From a virus (taxonomy: Duplodnaviria > Caudoviricetes): a stretch of 42,792 nt of DNA. The DNA lies in the IMG/VR virus record IMGVR_UViG_3300017658_000257, positions 1 to 42,792 of that record, one strand, 5' to 3'. Under the pieces are notes generated by a model. It worked only from the letters and a program-made list of their open reading frames with translations, ran no database searches and was not told where the DNA came from. Position 1 is the first letter of the stretch, and each line of letters starts with the position of its first letter. A program made the translations under genes and the position numbers. This document shows, piece after piece, positions 1 through 9,144 of this stretch.

Positions 1-2106
1 CGGCACGGGCGCGAATTCCGGAAGGATGCCGACAGGCAGCTTGCCACGGCCGTTCGGCGAGCCGCTGCCACCCGGACGCAACGTATCCAACGCGACAGAT
101 GCATCGTAGGCCTCTTTGATCAATCCCCGGAAGCCGTCGATGATGCCCTGGAAGCTGGGGTTCGCCTGCTCCAGCTTGGCAAGCTGCAATATGATCTGCT
201 CGAGCGGCTCTTTACCCTCACGCGCCTTGTCGAAAATCTTCTGCAGTTCGTCGCGGATCGGCTTTGCCGACACGTCGTCGATCTGACGGTTGAATTGATC
301 GACGGTATCGACCACATCATCGATGCTCTTACCGAGTTCCGGCATTGCAGCGGCTGTTTCCATAGCCGGATTGAGCATTTTCAACAGCGCATCCCGAGTA
401 CGGTTCAACCCTTTCGGATCGGCCCTGGCGATGTCCGTAATCTCGTGGGCTACTGCCGCAAGATCGGGAACGGCCTTATGAGATTCTTCGGCGAGACGCT
501 TCAACGCATCGCTGAACGGCTCGAATTGCGAAACCATCACCGTCCGGAGCGGACCCTGATTGCCGCTACCCGCGCCGATCTGCTTGTAGACTTGATCGAA
601 GACAGCGCCGATCTGCACAGCGATCAAATTTTGCGCGTCCTTCAGCGCGCTTTCGTTGAGGGCGTTGATGGTGTTGGCGGTTGCAGACGCGTACTTGGCG
701 CGCTTGCCGTTCACCTCGTCGTAGGCATCCCCCAGCCGCTTGATGTTCGCTTCGTGCTCGGCAAGGATTTCATCCAGGTCCCTAATGCCGGAGCCGCCGA
801 GCGCCTGATAGGCGACAAAGGCCGCACCAGCCGCTGCAATAGCTGCCGTGACCAGAGGGAAGCGCGTAGCGAGTGAAAGAGCGCCTTCACCGATAGCCTT
901 CAGCGATCCCTTGATGCCGCCCGGCCCTTGTTCCAGCGCGTCATAGATTTGGCCGGCCTGCGACGCGAATATCTGCATCGGCGGCGCGCCCAGCGCAAAC
1001 ATGGTGATGACGTCGTTGCCCTGCCGAGACAGGTTGAGCATCTGGTTGGAGGTCAACTTGGCCGCGCCGGCCACCTTGCCGAACCCGACCGCGCTGGCCA
1101 CCGACGCCCGTCCCGCCTGCTCATAGCGGGCGTTCAATGCCCCCAGGGCCACGGCATGCTGGTCGGCGCTCACCACGCCGGCGGAAAGCGCCGAATTCAG
1201 CTCCAGAAGCTCGGCCTCGTATTGCTTCGACGCGGCATAGAGAGGCACCACTTTGGCCCGCAGCCGCTCCAACGCCGCCGCTTCTTCGTCGGCCGCGCGC
1301 GCCGCCGCTTCAAATGCCGCGGCCGACTCCCGCGCCGATCCAGCCGAAGTCGCATTCACGCCGAGAACGGCATTGAAATGGTTTTGGTTGGCCGCCGCTA
1401 TCTGCCTCGCATTTTCTGCATCCTGCGAAGCGCGGGCATTGGTTATAAATTCTCGCTGGGCATTAGCCGCAGATAGAGCTGCTGCGGCGGCGGCATCATA
1501 TTTTTGAATCAGCCGGTCAAGGGCGGCGGAATAGCCGCCGGTGATCTGAATCCCTAGCCGCTCGGCTTCGGCAAGTTCGTTCAGTTCTGCGTCCATTTTT
1601 GCCGCCGACGCATAGGTCGCGTCATAGCGCATCCGCAGTTCTTCGGTCCTTGCAGCCAGAGCAACGCTCGCCGAGACATTGTCGTTGGCGACGTTTGTGA
1701 TCGCGCGCATCTGGTCAGTATGCTTCCGCTCGAGGGCGGCAAGACGCGCGATCGCCTGCTCCTGATCCGCATAACCGAGCAGCACGGCATTCGACGCGAT
1801 CACTGCGGCGTTCGCTGCTTCTCTGCGCTGCCGTATCTCCAAGGCTGAAATCTTGTTCACTGACGCGCCAAGGTTTTCCCACTGGCGCTGTTCGCGCGAC
1901 ATCCGTTCAACACTTTGCGTCGTGACGGCCAGCCCCTTCTCCTGCGCCGCGGAGGCCTTCGCCATGGCGGCTCTATAGGCATCTACGGCACCAGTCGAAC
2001 GATCAGTTGCCGCGCCTGCCGCTTCCATCTTGTCTTCGAACCGATCGAGCGTGGCGATAGCACCGTCGCCGCGAACGATCAGTTCCGTAACAGCTTGTTG
2101 GACCAT
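1..2106 (-). CDS. Tail tape measure protein (3' part outside window)
   Basis: Not in the ORF track. ATG at 2106 with GAGG upstream; MVQQAVTELIVRGDGAIATLDRFEDKME...; Ala-rich; lambda-H-type motif TSNQMLNLSRQGNDVITMFALGAPPMQIFASQAGQIYDAL; lies downstream of the tail chaperone. Confidence 0.92.
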   Translation of the reverse strand, partial: MVQQAVTELIVRGDGAIATLDRFEDKMEAAGAATDRSTGAVDAYRAAMAKASAAQEKGLAVTTQSVERMSREQRQWENLGASVNKISALEIRQRREAANAAVIASNAVLLGYADQEQAIARLAALERKHTDQMRAITNVANDNVSASVALAARTEELRMRYDATYASAAKMDAELNELAEAERLGIQITGGYSAALDRLIQKYDAAAAAALSAANAQREFITNARASQDAENARQIAAANQNHFNAVLGVNATSAGSARESAAAFEAAARAADEEAAALERLRAKVVPLYAASKQYEAELLELNSALSAGVVSADQHAVALGALNARYEQAGRASVASAVGFGKVAGAAKLTSNQMLNLSRQGNDVITMFALGAPPMQIFASQAGQIYDALEQGPGGIKGSLKAIGEGALSLATRFPLVTAAIAAAGAAFVAYQALGGSGIRDLDEILAEHEANIKRLGDAYDEVNGKRAKYASATANTINALNESALKDAQNLIAVQIGAVFDQVYKQIGAGSGNQGPLRTVMVSQFEPFSDALKRLAEESHKAVPDLAAVAHEITDIARADPKGLNRTRDALLKMLNPAMETAAAMPELGKSIDDVVDTVDQFNRQIDDVSAKPIRDELQKIFDKAREGKEPLEQIILQLAKLEQANPSFQGIIDGFRGLIKEAYDASVALDTLRPGGSGSPNGRGKLPVGILPEFAPVP

Positions 2107-2175
2107 TCGATTGCCTCGAATCTGGACAGACGCCAGCGCCGATGCTTTGATGACATCGGGACGGAGGAAGTAGTT

Positions 2176-2424
2176 ATGGAAACTACACGCATTACTGCGC
2201 TGGTGCTGCTCGCGCTTCTATCTGGGTGCGAAACTCTCGCAGAAGAACAGGAGCGGCAATTCAAGCAGGACGTTGCTATATGCAGTCGATATGGCGCCGA
2301 ATACGGATCGCCAGCGCACTACCAATGCATGATGTTTCAACAGCAGCGTCGCGACTACAACAACGCCGTGATGGCAGCGAACGCGAACTATATGGCAGCG
2401 CAGATTAGAGCGCTCAGTTACTAA
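2176..2424 (+). CDS. Small lipoprotein (moron, opposite strand to tail genes)
   Basis: GGAGGAAG RBS; METTRITALVLLALLSG-C lipobox; 82 aa. Confidence 0.8.
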   Translation: METTRITALVLLALLSGCETLAEEQERQFKQDVAICSRYGAEYGSPAHYQCMMFQQQRRDYNNAVMAANANYMAAQIRALSY

Positions 2425-2453
2425 GAATGACGCGCATCGCATTCGGTAGCGCG

Positions 2454-2837
2454 TCAATTCCCGCTCTTTTCAGTGCTCTGCGCCGCCATCCACCGATCGT
2501 CCAGCGCTTCGATCACCTCAATCTCCCACGGTCTGAGCCGAGAGGCCGTGAGCCGATTGAAGGCATCGATCTCGCTCCAGCCCAGTCTTGCCGGGCCGAA
2601 GCCACTGGACTGACGACGTGCGGCGAGACGAAGGAAGGCGTTCCAAAGATATTGCAGGGCCGGCGGGACGGGCGGAACGGCAAGCTGATCTTCCAGTTCT
2701 GCCCGCCGTTCGTCGGTTCTGGCACGGGAGAGAAGGCCCTGTAGCGTCTCCCGTAGAGTGTCACCCTTCTCGTCACGCGCCAGAAGGGCGAACTCGCGCT
2801 CCGCGTGCTCGATCAGATCGGCGCGGAGCGCGGCGTA
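2454..2837 (-). CDS. Tail assembly chaperone, -1 frameshift (gpT-like) extension
   Basis: Open -1 frame YAALRADLIEHAEREF...PPALQYLWNAFLRLAARRQSSGFGPARLGWSEIDAFNRLTASRLRPWEIEVIEALDDRW...; no suitable start codon of its own; overlaps the chaperone 3' end. Confidence 0.8.
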   Translation of the reverse strand, partial: YAALRADLIEHAEREFALLARDEKGDTLRETLQGLLSRARTDERRAELEDQLAVPPVPPALQYLWNAFLRLAARRQSSGFGPARLGWSEIDAFNRLTASRLRPWEIEVIEALDDRWMAAQSTEKSGN

Positions 2838-3280
2838 AAAGACGCTTCGTCGGCGAGGAACTCGACCGCCTGAGCGAGGAAAGGCTTCTTCGGATCGAGC
2901 AGTAGGGCCTTAGCGTTGTCACGGCTGAACGGATAATCCTGACCGCCCAGCTTGACCGGAGACCAGCCGAGTAGGCGCGACAGAATCCATTCGACGTTGC
3001 GGGAACGCACCTCGTCCACGCTCTCTTCCGGCGCCTTCCACTTTTTGCCGTTGACCTGAGCCTGTTCCTGCATGGCGGAACGATGCAGGCGGTCACGCGC
3101 CATGCGTTCGTTGTATTCCACCGTCTTTTCATGACCGGGGCCGGCAAAACGCCAGGTCCAATTCGTCAGGCGTCCGCCAATGACCACGGTCATGTCCGCT
3201 TCGTCGCGGTAGTCGGCCGAGGTGATGTCAAATTCGTCGACAGCGGCCGTTGCGGTCGCATCGGTATCGTTCTTCGTCAT
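2813..3280 (-). CDS. Tail assembly chaperone (gpG-like)
   Basis: MTKNDTDATA... with AAGGA RBS; located between tail tube and tape measure. Confidence 0.8.
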   Translation of the reverse strand: MTKNDTDATATAAVDEFDITSADYRDEADMTVVIGGRLTNWTWRFAGPGHEKTVEYNERMARDRLHRSAMQEQAQVNGKKWKAPEESVDEVRSRNVEWILSRLLGWSPVKLGGQDYPFSRDNAKALLLDPKKPFLAQAVEFLADEASFTPRSAPI

Positions 3281-3450
3281 GATGATATTTCCTTTGTCGG
3301 AAGGGTGCGGCCCGCGCGCCGACACGCGCGAGCCGCTGTCACGTGACCTCGCCGAAGCGAGACGTTCCGCTGTCGGGCGGGTCTAAAGAAGGAGGCTCGA
3401 CTCAGTCGGGCCGGTGTAGTTTGCTGGCGTCGGGGAAAAGGGAGGGCGTT

Positions 3451-3732
3451 ATGCCGACGCTAAGGGTCGCTCACATTCGCCAGCAGGGGCAGGACATGAT
3501 TATTGCCCCGCTTGACCACTCATTCGAAGCCAAGAGCCAAGATGATCAGGATTCCGTCATTTCCGAGATTGAGGCTGCCGCACACAGTGCTGGCCTACGA
3601 GGCTCAGCGGTGGTGGTTTGGCAGTCTGGCGGAAGAATGAAATTCATCGCGCCAACGCCATGGCACCCCTTCTTTCGCTCCATCAGCTGGCAATGGGTGA
3701 TGGCGAACCTGAACCAGACCTTGACCTGGTAA
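3451..3732 (+). CDS. Hypothetical protein (moron, opposite strand)
   Basis: GGGAGGG RBS before ATG 3451; MPTLRVAHIRQQGQDMIIAPLD...; globular composition. Confidence 0.7.
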   Translation: MPTLRVAHIRQQGQDMIIAPLDHSFEAKSQDDQDSVISEIEAAAHSAGLRGSAVVVWQSGGRMKFIAPTPWHPFFRSISWQWVMANLNQTLTW

Positions 3733-4069
3733 GTAGGTCCTCAACTGCTTCAGAATTGCGCTTCGCAATCTCATCCGCATCAGCCAAAGCAATTGCCTTG
3801 GACGTTGCCGAGATGGTGATCCGGTCGAGATCATCGAGCCGGAACGGCGTGGTGATGACGAACCCGGCGGCACGAGCCGATAGGATCGCATCACGTAGGT
3901 TGCCGGCCTGCCAGCGGACTGCCTCGTCCGGTGACAGGATGGCATCGGCAACAGGCCGACTGATCTTTTCCGAGCCATCCGCAGGCGGAAGCGGCTCGAA
4001 AACGGCGGGGCCGGAAAGAGTCACCTGACCGGAACTCTCCCCGGCTACGATTTTAACGCGCCGGGCCAT
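3683..4069 (-). CDS. Hypothetical phage protein
   Basis: Start overlaps the tail tube stop (TAATG). Confidence 0.6.
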   Translation of the reverse strand: MARRVKIVAGESSGQVTLSGPAVFEPLPPADGSEKISRPVADAILSPDEAVRWQAGNLRDAILSARAAGFVITTPFRLDDLDRITISATSKAIALADADEIAKRNSEAVEDLLTRSRSGSGSPSPIAS

Positions 4070-5271
4070 TACGCTGCACTCGTCTGAAAACTGATCATGG
4101 TCGGATCGTAAGCCCCGCCACGAAGATCCTTGCCGACCATAAGCTGGAACGTCTGGGTGCGCGCGCCGTCCGAGCCGAGATCGGATTTCGTGGCGCTGGC
4201 CAGCGTCATGTTGCCGATGTGGAAGGCGCAGAAATCGGCCGCGCCCGTCTCGTTCTCCTCGAAAAGCAGATGCAGGCTCAGTTCGTCTTCGTCGAGATAC
4301 TGCGTGACGCGGGTCGCATCGGCCTTGAGCGCCGTGATCGAACCTTCCACGGTTGCGAGGTTCGTGAACACGTCCGGCGTCAGGTTCGATCCGACGACAG
4401 GGTTGCCGGCGGCGTTGAGATTGACGGTGAGGTCGATGGAACTGATGTCCATCACGTCGTCGGCACCGAGGCGGACTTTCGCCTCCACCGCCGTCAAGCC
4501 GATGGTGACGGTTTCAGCAGGACTTGTGAAATATGGACTGTCCGCCCCGGTCTTCTGCTCCATGTCCTGGCCGACCAGCGAGAAGGTCAGGATGCACATG
4601 CCGTTGGGCTGCATCTGCAACTGCATCTGCCCGACACGGACGCCCTTGAAGATTTCCGAGTTGTCGATGTCGATCTCGCGCTCTTCGAAGGAGAACGACC
4701 GGTTGGTCACACCCTGAATGACCTTCTTCGGACGCACGATCTCATAGGTGGAAAGCGGACCGGCTTCGACGGTCAGCGTTTCCGCCACTGTGATGACGGT
4801 TGCCGTCAGTCCGGTGATGCGGATGTTGCGGTTCAAGTTCGCGGTGAGGAAGCCGTCCGTCAGGCGAATGACATCGCCAACACGCAGGCCCGCCGTGATC
4901 CACGAACCGCCGGAAGCGGTGATGGTATGGGCCGCGACCGCAAGCGTGGCGCTCGACATGGCGGCGGTGTTTTCGTCGATCGTCACCGCACTGTCGAAGG
5001 TGCCGCGAAACACCGCCTCGATCATATCGTCGTAGCTACCTACCGACAGATCGCCGGAATACTGGCCGGTGACCGAACGCGTGCCGTGGCGGCCGCGCGT
5101 GGTCATGCCGTCGCGACGGTTTTCGTTGGAGCGGATTGGCTCGATACCAAGCGTGAGATTGCCGCTGTTCGGGCGAAAGACCTTCGCGCCGGAGGGGTCG
5201 GCCGGCAATTCGCCGTAGGTTGCTTCCGCCTTGTAGGCCACCTCGATCTGGCGGCCAGTCTGGTATGCCAT
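4069..5271 (-). CDS. Major tail tube protein
   Basis: 400 aa MAYQTGRQIEVAYKAEATYG...IRSNENRRDG; position after the tail terminator; AAAGGAG RBS. Confidence 0.88.
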   Translation of the reverse strand: MAYQTGRQIEVAYKAEATYGELPADPSGAKVFRPNSGNLTLGIEPIRSNENRRDGMTTRGRHGTRSVTGQYSGDLSVGSYDDMIEAVFRGTFDSAVTIDENTAAMSSATLAVAAHTITASGGSWITAGLRVGDVIRLTDGFLTANLNRNIRITGLTATVITVAETLTVEAGPLSTYEIVRPKKVIQGVTNRSFSFEEREIDIDNSEIFKGVRVGQMQLQMQPNGMCILTFSLVGQDMEQKTGADSPYFTSPAETVTIGLTAVEAKVRLGADDVMDISSIDLTVNLNAAGNPVVGSNLTPDVFTNLATVEGSITALKADATRVTQYLDEDELSLHLLFEENETGAADFCAFHIGNMTLASATKSDLGSDGARTQTFQLMVGKDLRGGAYDPTMISFQTSAA

Positions 5272-5347
5272 GACTATCTCCTTTCATGGATGATGGACGG
5301 CGCGCCGCCGTGGCGAACCGGGTAGAATTCGAACGGGAATGATCAGT

Positions 5348-5824
5348 TCAGCCGCGATGCCAGTATTCGAACGGCACCGTCATCGAGACGCGGAACCACG
5401 CGCCGTTGTTGGCCCACTCGATATCGCTTTCGGATTTGACCGGTCCGCCTTCGTCGACACGCGGCGCCCAGGTGCGGACGTAGCAGCCGTCGCCGTTGTT
5501 GTAGAATACCTTCGCACGGAAGATTTCGCCGATGGTGTTGGCGTATTCCGTCGCGGTCGCGTCTCCGTCGCCACTCGGAACAAAGACATGGACGATGATC
5601 AGGCCGTCGGTCACCCACACCTGCGAGCCGGGCTTGCCTGCGCCATGCATCTGGCTGTCCGACGAGGCGATCTCCAGATGCGCCCAGGGCACGAGGATAT
5701 TGTTGCCGTCCCGTGGCGGCCATGGGGCGACCGGCGGTTTATTCTGATAGGTGATGCGCGTCGTTGTCCAGTTGGCGGCAAGCCGCTCGGCGATCGCTTC
5801 CTTCGCCCCTGCATAGGTGCCCAT
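5348..5824 (-). CDS. Tail terminator-like protein
   Basis: Motifs GLIIVHVFVPSGDG and WFRVSMTVPFEY; immediately upstream of the tail tube. Confidence 0.75.
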   Translation of the reverse strand: MGTYAGAKEAIAERLAANWTTTRITYQNKPPVAPWPPRDGNNILVPWAHLEIASSDSQMHGAGKPGSQVWVTDGLIIVHVFVPSGDGDATATEYANTIGEIFRAKVFYNNGDGCYVRTWAPRVDEGGPVKSESDIEWANNGAWFRVSMTVPFEYWHRG

Positions 5825-6525
5825 CAGCGCCGCTCCGCAATAACCAACGCGGGATAGCGCGCGCCGGACTTGTTGTGCGCGGTCTTGCCGAACTTCTTCC
5901 CCAGCGCGGTCTCCAGCGTTCCGGATGCCGAGCGAGCGTCACCGCCGCCGAGCCACCATGGCTGGCCACTGGACGCCGCCTTGCCTTGGTTGACCGAGAA
6001 GCCACCGAGGATAGCCCGGAACGTGAAGCTGATCCTCGCCTGGTTCCCATACCTGCGCTTCACCGTCTGTTCCGCCTGCTGGTAAACCCGGTCCGAACCC
6101 GGCACGCGCATCGTCATGTTGCCGACCTCGATCTTGCGGGCATAAGGCACCGGATTGGTGATGACGATCTCACCAGACCCGTCCCAGTCCTTCAGATTGG
6201 CGGCTGCAACTCCGTCGATGAACAGCATGTGCGCGCTCCGGTATTCTCCCGAAAGCACCGGGGAAAGCTCGAAGAGCGTCTCCATGGCGAACTGAACGAC
6301 CTGGCCGAGCCTGTCGTAGCGGTAGCGGATGATGCCGCCAGCCTTGACCTGTTCCTCGCGCGCACCGGCAACGCCGTCGACTGCGCGCGTGAACCGCTGC
6401 GGCTTCGGGTCCGTCTGCATGATGCGGCCGTGCTCGCGTTTGGCAGTCGCGATCAGCGTCTTGCGCACCTCTTCGGCAGTGCCTTTTGTGGCAACACGGA
6501 AGACCTCGACGGCGCTACGAGCCAT
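5824..6525 (-). CDS. Neck/tail completion protein (HK97 gp10-like)
   Basis: SPVLSGEYRSAH and ITNPVPYARKIEVG motifs; synteny. Confidence 0.7.
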   Translation of the reverse strand: MARSAVEVFRVATKGTAEEVRKTLIATAKREHGRIMQTDPKPQRFTRAVDGVAGAREEQVKAGGIIRYRYDRLGQVVQFAMETLFELSPVLSGEYRSAHMLFIDGVAAANLKDWDGSGEIVITNPVPYARKIEVGNMTMRVPGSDRVYQQAEQTVKRRYGNQARISFTFRAILGGFSVNQGKAASSGQPWWLGGGDARSASGTLETALGKKFGKTAHNKSGARYPALVIAERR

Positions 6526-6814
6526 CGGCCAATCTCTTTTCCATCAGCGCCTTATGCACTCCCGAGACGGAGCGGAGCGCGTCGATGGCCGGGACGCCGA
6601 CGTAGTGGACGTAACGGCGACCGTCGAAGAAAGGATGGAAGCCGCCAGCGGAGCCGACAAAACTCTTTATTTCGCCAAGGATGGGCAACAAAGGCTTGGC
6701 ATCCAAGGCAAGCGAAAGCGTCTCCATCGCCGGAGCGGCTGCGGCTTCCTTGAGCGCTGCAGGGGCCGCCGCCACGGATGCGGCAGCTGCTCCGAAGAAT
6801 GATCGACGATTCAT
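6515..6814 (-). CDS. Hypothetical protein with twin-arginine-like N-terminus
   Basis: Translationally coupled to neighbours; MNRRSFFGAAAA. Confidence 0.6.
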   Translation of the reverse strand: MNRRSFFGAAAASVAAAPAALKEAAAAPAMETLSLALDAKPLLPILGEIKSFVGSAGGFHPFFDGRRYVHYVGVPAIDALRSVSGVHKALMEKRLADGS

Positions 6815-7155
6815 CAGCCTCTCACCGTCATGTTGATGCGAACCAGAACACTGTCGACGCGGATGAATTCCGGCTCCCCCTGAATGGCGCGGGGTTTCCC
6901 GTCGACCACGACGAACTGATTTTCGCGAGGCTCGCCGAAACCTCCCAATCCGGTCGGGGAAACGGTCACCTTCTTGTCACCCTGTTTGATAAGCCCGATC
7001 AGTTCGGACGGCTCGTAGCCGCGAACGAAGGCGCGGCACGGCTGCTGGCCGACCGTCGTGTTGCCGGAGCGGAGGATCACGTCCTGACCATGGCGCGCGA
7101 GAGAGGCATCGAGCCTGGCGATCATGCCTGCCGGCGTGTCGGAAAGATCGATCAT
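6814..7155 (-). CDS. Head closure/stopper protein
   Basis: MIDLSDTPAGMIARLDASLARHGQDVILR...; TGATG overlap with the upstream gene; synteny. Confidence 0.7.
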   Translation of the reverse strand: MIDLSDTPAGMIARLDASLARHGQDVILRSGNTTVGQQPCRAFVRGYEPSELIGLIKQGDKKVTVSPTGLGGFGEPRENQFVVVDGKPRAIQGEPEFIRVDSVLVRINMTVRG

Positions 7156-7793
7156 CACGACACCGAATAGTTCATGAATCGCGCCAGGCGGGCGGAATAT
7201 CCGGACGGCAATCCGCCGGCTTCCTGCGGCGAACCAAGCCCGCCGACCCACCGGTCCGTTTTCACCGAATCTATGCCTTCGACGTCAACGGTCACCGACT
7301 TCACCAGCGGATCGACTCCGCCTTCCGAAAGCCGGACACGGGCCAGATCCGTCACTACACCGACAAGTCCGGGAGGAACGGTCTCAAAGCCTGCGTCATA
7401 GACGACGACGATTTCATTCGCGTTCCAATGGGACTTCCTGCCGTCGATCCAGCGATAGAGCAGTCCGTCTTCCGACTTCAGCGACCGGGCGTCGAGCGTA
7501 ATGCTTGTGCCGTCCTGCGTTACGGAGACGATTTCGATATTATGCCTACGGCTGAGGATCAGCACTTCGTCGTGGCAACCCGAGAACGTCTCGGTAAGGC
7601 GCTCCTTTCTTAAGGTGGGTTCGGCGCCCTTGCCCACCGCAACGCCGCACGCGTCGACGATCTCTGCTGAGATGCGAAGGCAAAGGGCCGCCAGCTCGTC
7701 ATCCCTGCTGTCGTCAGCCACGCCGGCGGCCGCGCGCATTGCCTCGATCGGAGCCAAGGCGAGATCGTCGGCGGGCGTGGTGACGACAAGCAT
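7155..7793 (-). CDS. Head-tail connector/adaptor protein
   Basis: MLVVTTPADDLALAPIE..., IVVVYDAGFETVP; gp6-like position. Confidence 0.75.
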   Translation of the reverse strand: MLVVTTPADDLALAPIEAMRAAAGVADDSRDDELAALCLRISAEIVDACGVAVGKGAEPTLRKERLTETFSGCHDEVLILSRRHNIEIVSVTQDGTSITLDARSLKSEDGLLYRWIDGRKSHWNANEIVVVYDAGFETVPPGLVGVVTDLARVRLSEGGVDPLVKSVTVDVEGIDSVKTDRWVGGLGSPQEAGGLPSGYSARLARFMNYSVS

Positions 7794-7813
7794 GATATAG
7801 GCTCCGATCAGGC

Positions 7814-8284
7814 TTAGGACGCCGAGGCGCCCGCGACCAAGGCATCAACTATGTCGTCTTTCTTTGCATCGTCGGCGATCACGACCTTCATCCCTGCCGC
7901 CTTTTCGCGCAGCTGTGCCACCGTGAGCTTCGTCAGTTCGGCACGCAGTGCGTCGGCGGCCTTGGCGGCATCGTCGTCACCGCCGGCGTCTTTCTGTGCC
8001 ATGATGGCGGCCTCGATTTCCTCCGGCGTGCTGCGCGAGGCGTAACCCTCGGGCGGATAGTTGGCCGCGAGATAGCCGGCGGAGACATATTCGGCCACTG
8101 TGGGGCCATCATCGCGCAGGGTGTTGGTGCCCTTCGGTCTCGTCTTTCCGTCGATATCGCCGATGAGACCGGCTCTCTTCAGACCCGAGGCCATGGAGCC
8201 GAAATCGCGCTCGTCGCCGATGGCGAGGTCCTCGAAACGGATGCCGTCGAACGAGCAGGGGAATGCTTTCAGAACGGTGTGCAT
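7814..8284 (-). CDS. Hypothetical head-module protein with C-terminal Rho_N/HeH-like helices
   Basis: C-terminal LTKLTVAQLREKAAGMKVVIADDAKKDDIVDAL; AAAGGTG RBS. Confidence 0.65.
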   Translation of the reverse strand: MHTVLKAFPCSFDGIRFEDLAIGDERDFGSMASGLKRAGLIGDIDGKTRPKGTNTLRDDGPTVAEYVSAGYLAANYPPEGYASRSTPEEIEAAIMAQKDAGGDDDAAKAADALRAELTKLTVAQLREKAAGMKVVIADDAKKDDIVDALVAGASAS

Positions 8285-8323
8285 GGTTCACCTTTCGATG
8301 TTGGGAAAGCCCCGGTCGGCAGA

Positions 8324-8533
8324 TTACGGACCGGTGGCCAGCTTCAGGACGCCATTGTCGGCCCAGATAGTGACACCGTCGCCGGGATCGGTCGTCGGCA
8401 GCGCGCCAAGATCGACACCCTTGACAATAAGGGAGCCACCATCTTCGACGGTAATCTTGCCGCCGTCGGCGACGACGAACTCATCGCCACCTTGCTTTCG
8501 ATAGGTTTTCGGCTGGTAGCTGGAATCGGGCAT
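8324..8533 (-). CDS. Small hypothetical virion protein
   Basis: AAAGGAG RBS; 69 aa in the head module. Confidence 0.65.
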   Translation of the reverse strand: MPDSSYQPKTYRKQGGDEFVVADGGKITVEDGGSLIVKGVDLGALPTTDPGDGVTIWADNGVLKLATGP

Positions 8534-8595
8534 TGCATTCTCCTTTGCTACGAGGACGTCGATGCGCCTCTAGCGAACAGTCGCTTCGGAGGAAT

Positions 8596-8615
8596 GACGG
8601 GCCCGAAGGCCCGTC
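8596..8615 (-). terminator. GC-rich hairpin after the capsid-associated gene
   Basis: GACGGGCC-N4-GGCCCGTC, with a TTCG loop on the minus strand; weak U-tract. Confidence 0.4.
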
Positions 8616-8619
8616 TGGG

Positions 8620-9057
8620 TTAGTCGGAGACGAACACGCTGGCGCCGATGGTGGCGCCCTGGACAGCCTTCTTCTCGCGGGGTTTCAGGATGACGACCGT
8701 TTCGCCGAAGGCGATGTTCGCCGTGGCGCTGGTCCGCACCGCCTGGATGAAGCGAGTGGCCGGATTTCGGACTTCGACGATCAGCAGCTTGTTGTTGATG
8801 TCGTCGTTCGCGGCGCTGGCCAGCGTGACGCTGGCGCCATCGATGGCGACCATGCCGACGTCGGAATCGGCATCGTTCCCCTCGACCTTCAAGGTGGCGA
8901 CGCCGGTTGCAACGCTGTCGGTGATAGGGGCGATGAACATGGCGGATTCGTAGTCCTGCATGTCGATGCGGGACGAGTTGCTGTCCGTATTGCTGGCGGC
9001 AGCCACCGCAGCGGCGACCCAGCGCAGCTCAAGAGCCGCGAGCATGGTGTGGAACAT
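8620..9057 (-). CDS. Putative capsid decoration protein
   Basis: 145 aa Ala/Thr/Val-rich, directly after the major capsid gene; AGGAGG RBS. Confidence 0.6.
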   Translation of the reverse strand: MFHTMLAALELRWVAAAVAAASNTDSNSSRIDMQDYESAMFIAPITDSVATGVATLKVEGNDADSDVGMVAIDGASVTLASAANDDINNKLLIVEVRNPATRFIQAVRTSATANIAFGETVVILKPREKKAVQGATIGASVFVSD

Positions 9058-9094
9058 GGTGTCCTCCTGGGGACGGTTTTTCGGGATAGGTGAA

Positions 9095-9118
9095 GCCGGC
9101 GCCCGTCGGGGCGCCGGC
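9095..9118 (-). terminator. Stem-loop after the major capsid gene
   Basis: Perfect 10-bp stem GCCGGCGCCC-N4-GGGCGCCGGC. Confidence 0.5.
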
Positions 9119-9144
9119 GGAGTTTCGACCGACGAAGTTGCCGG

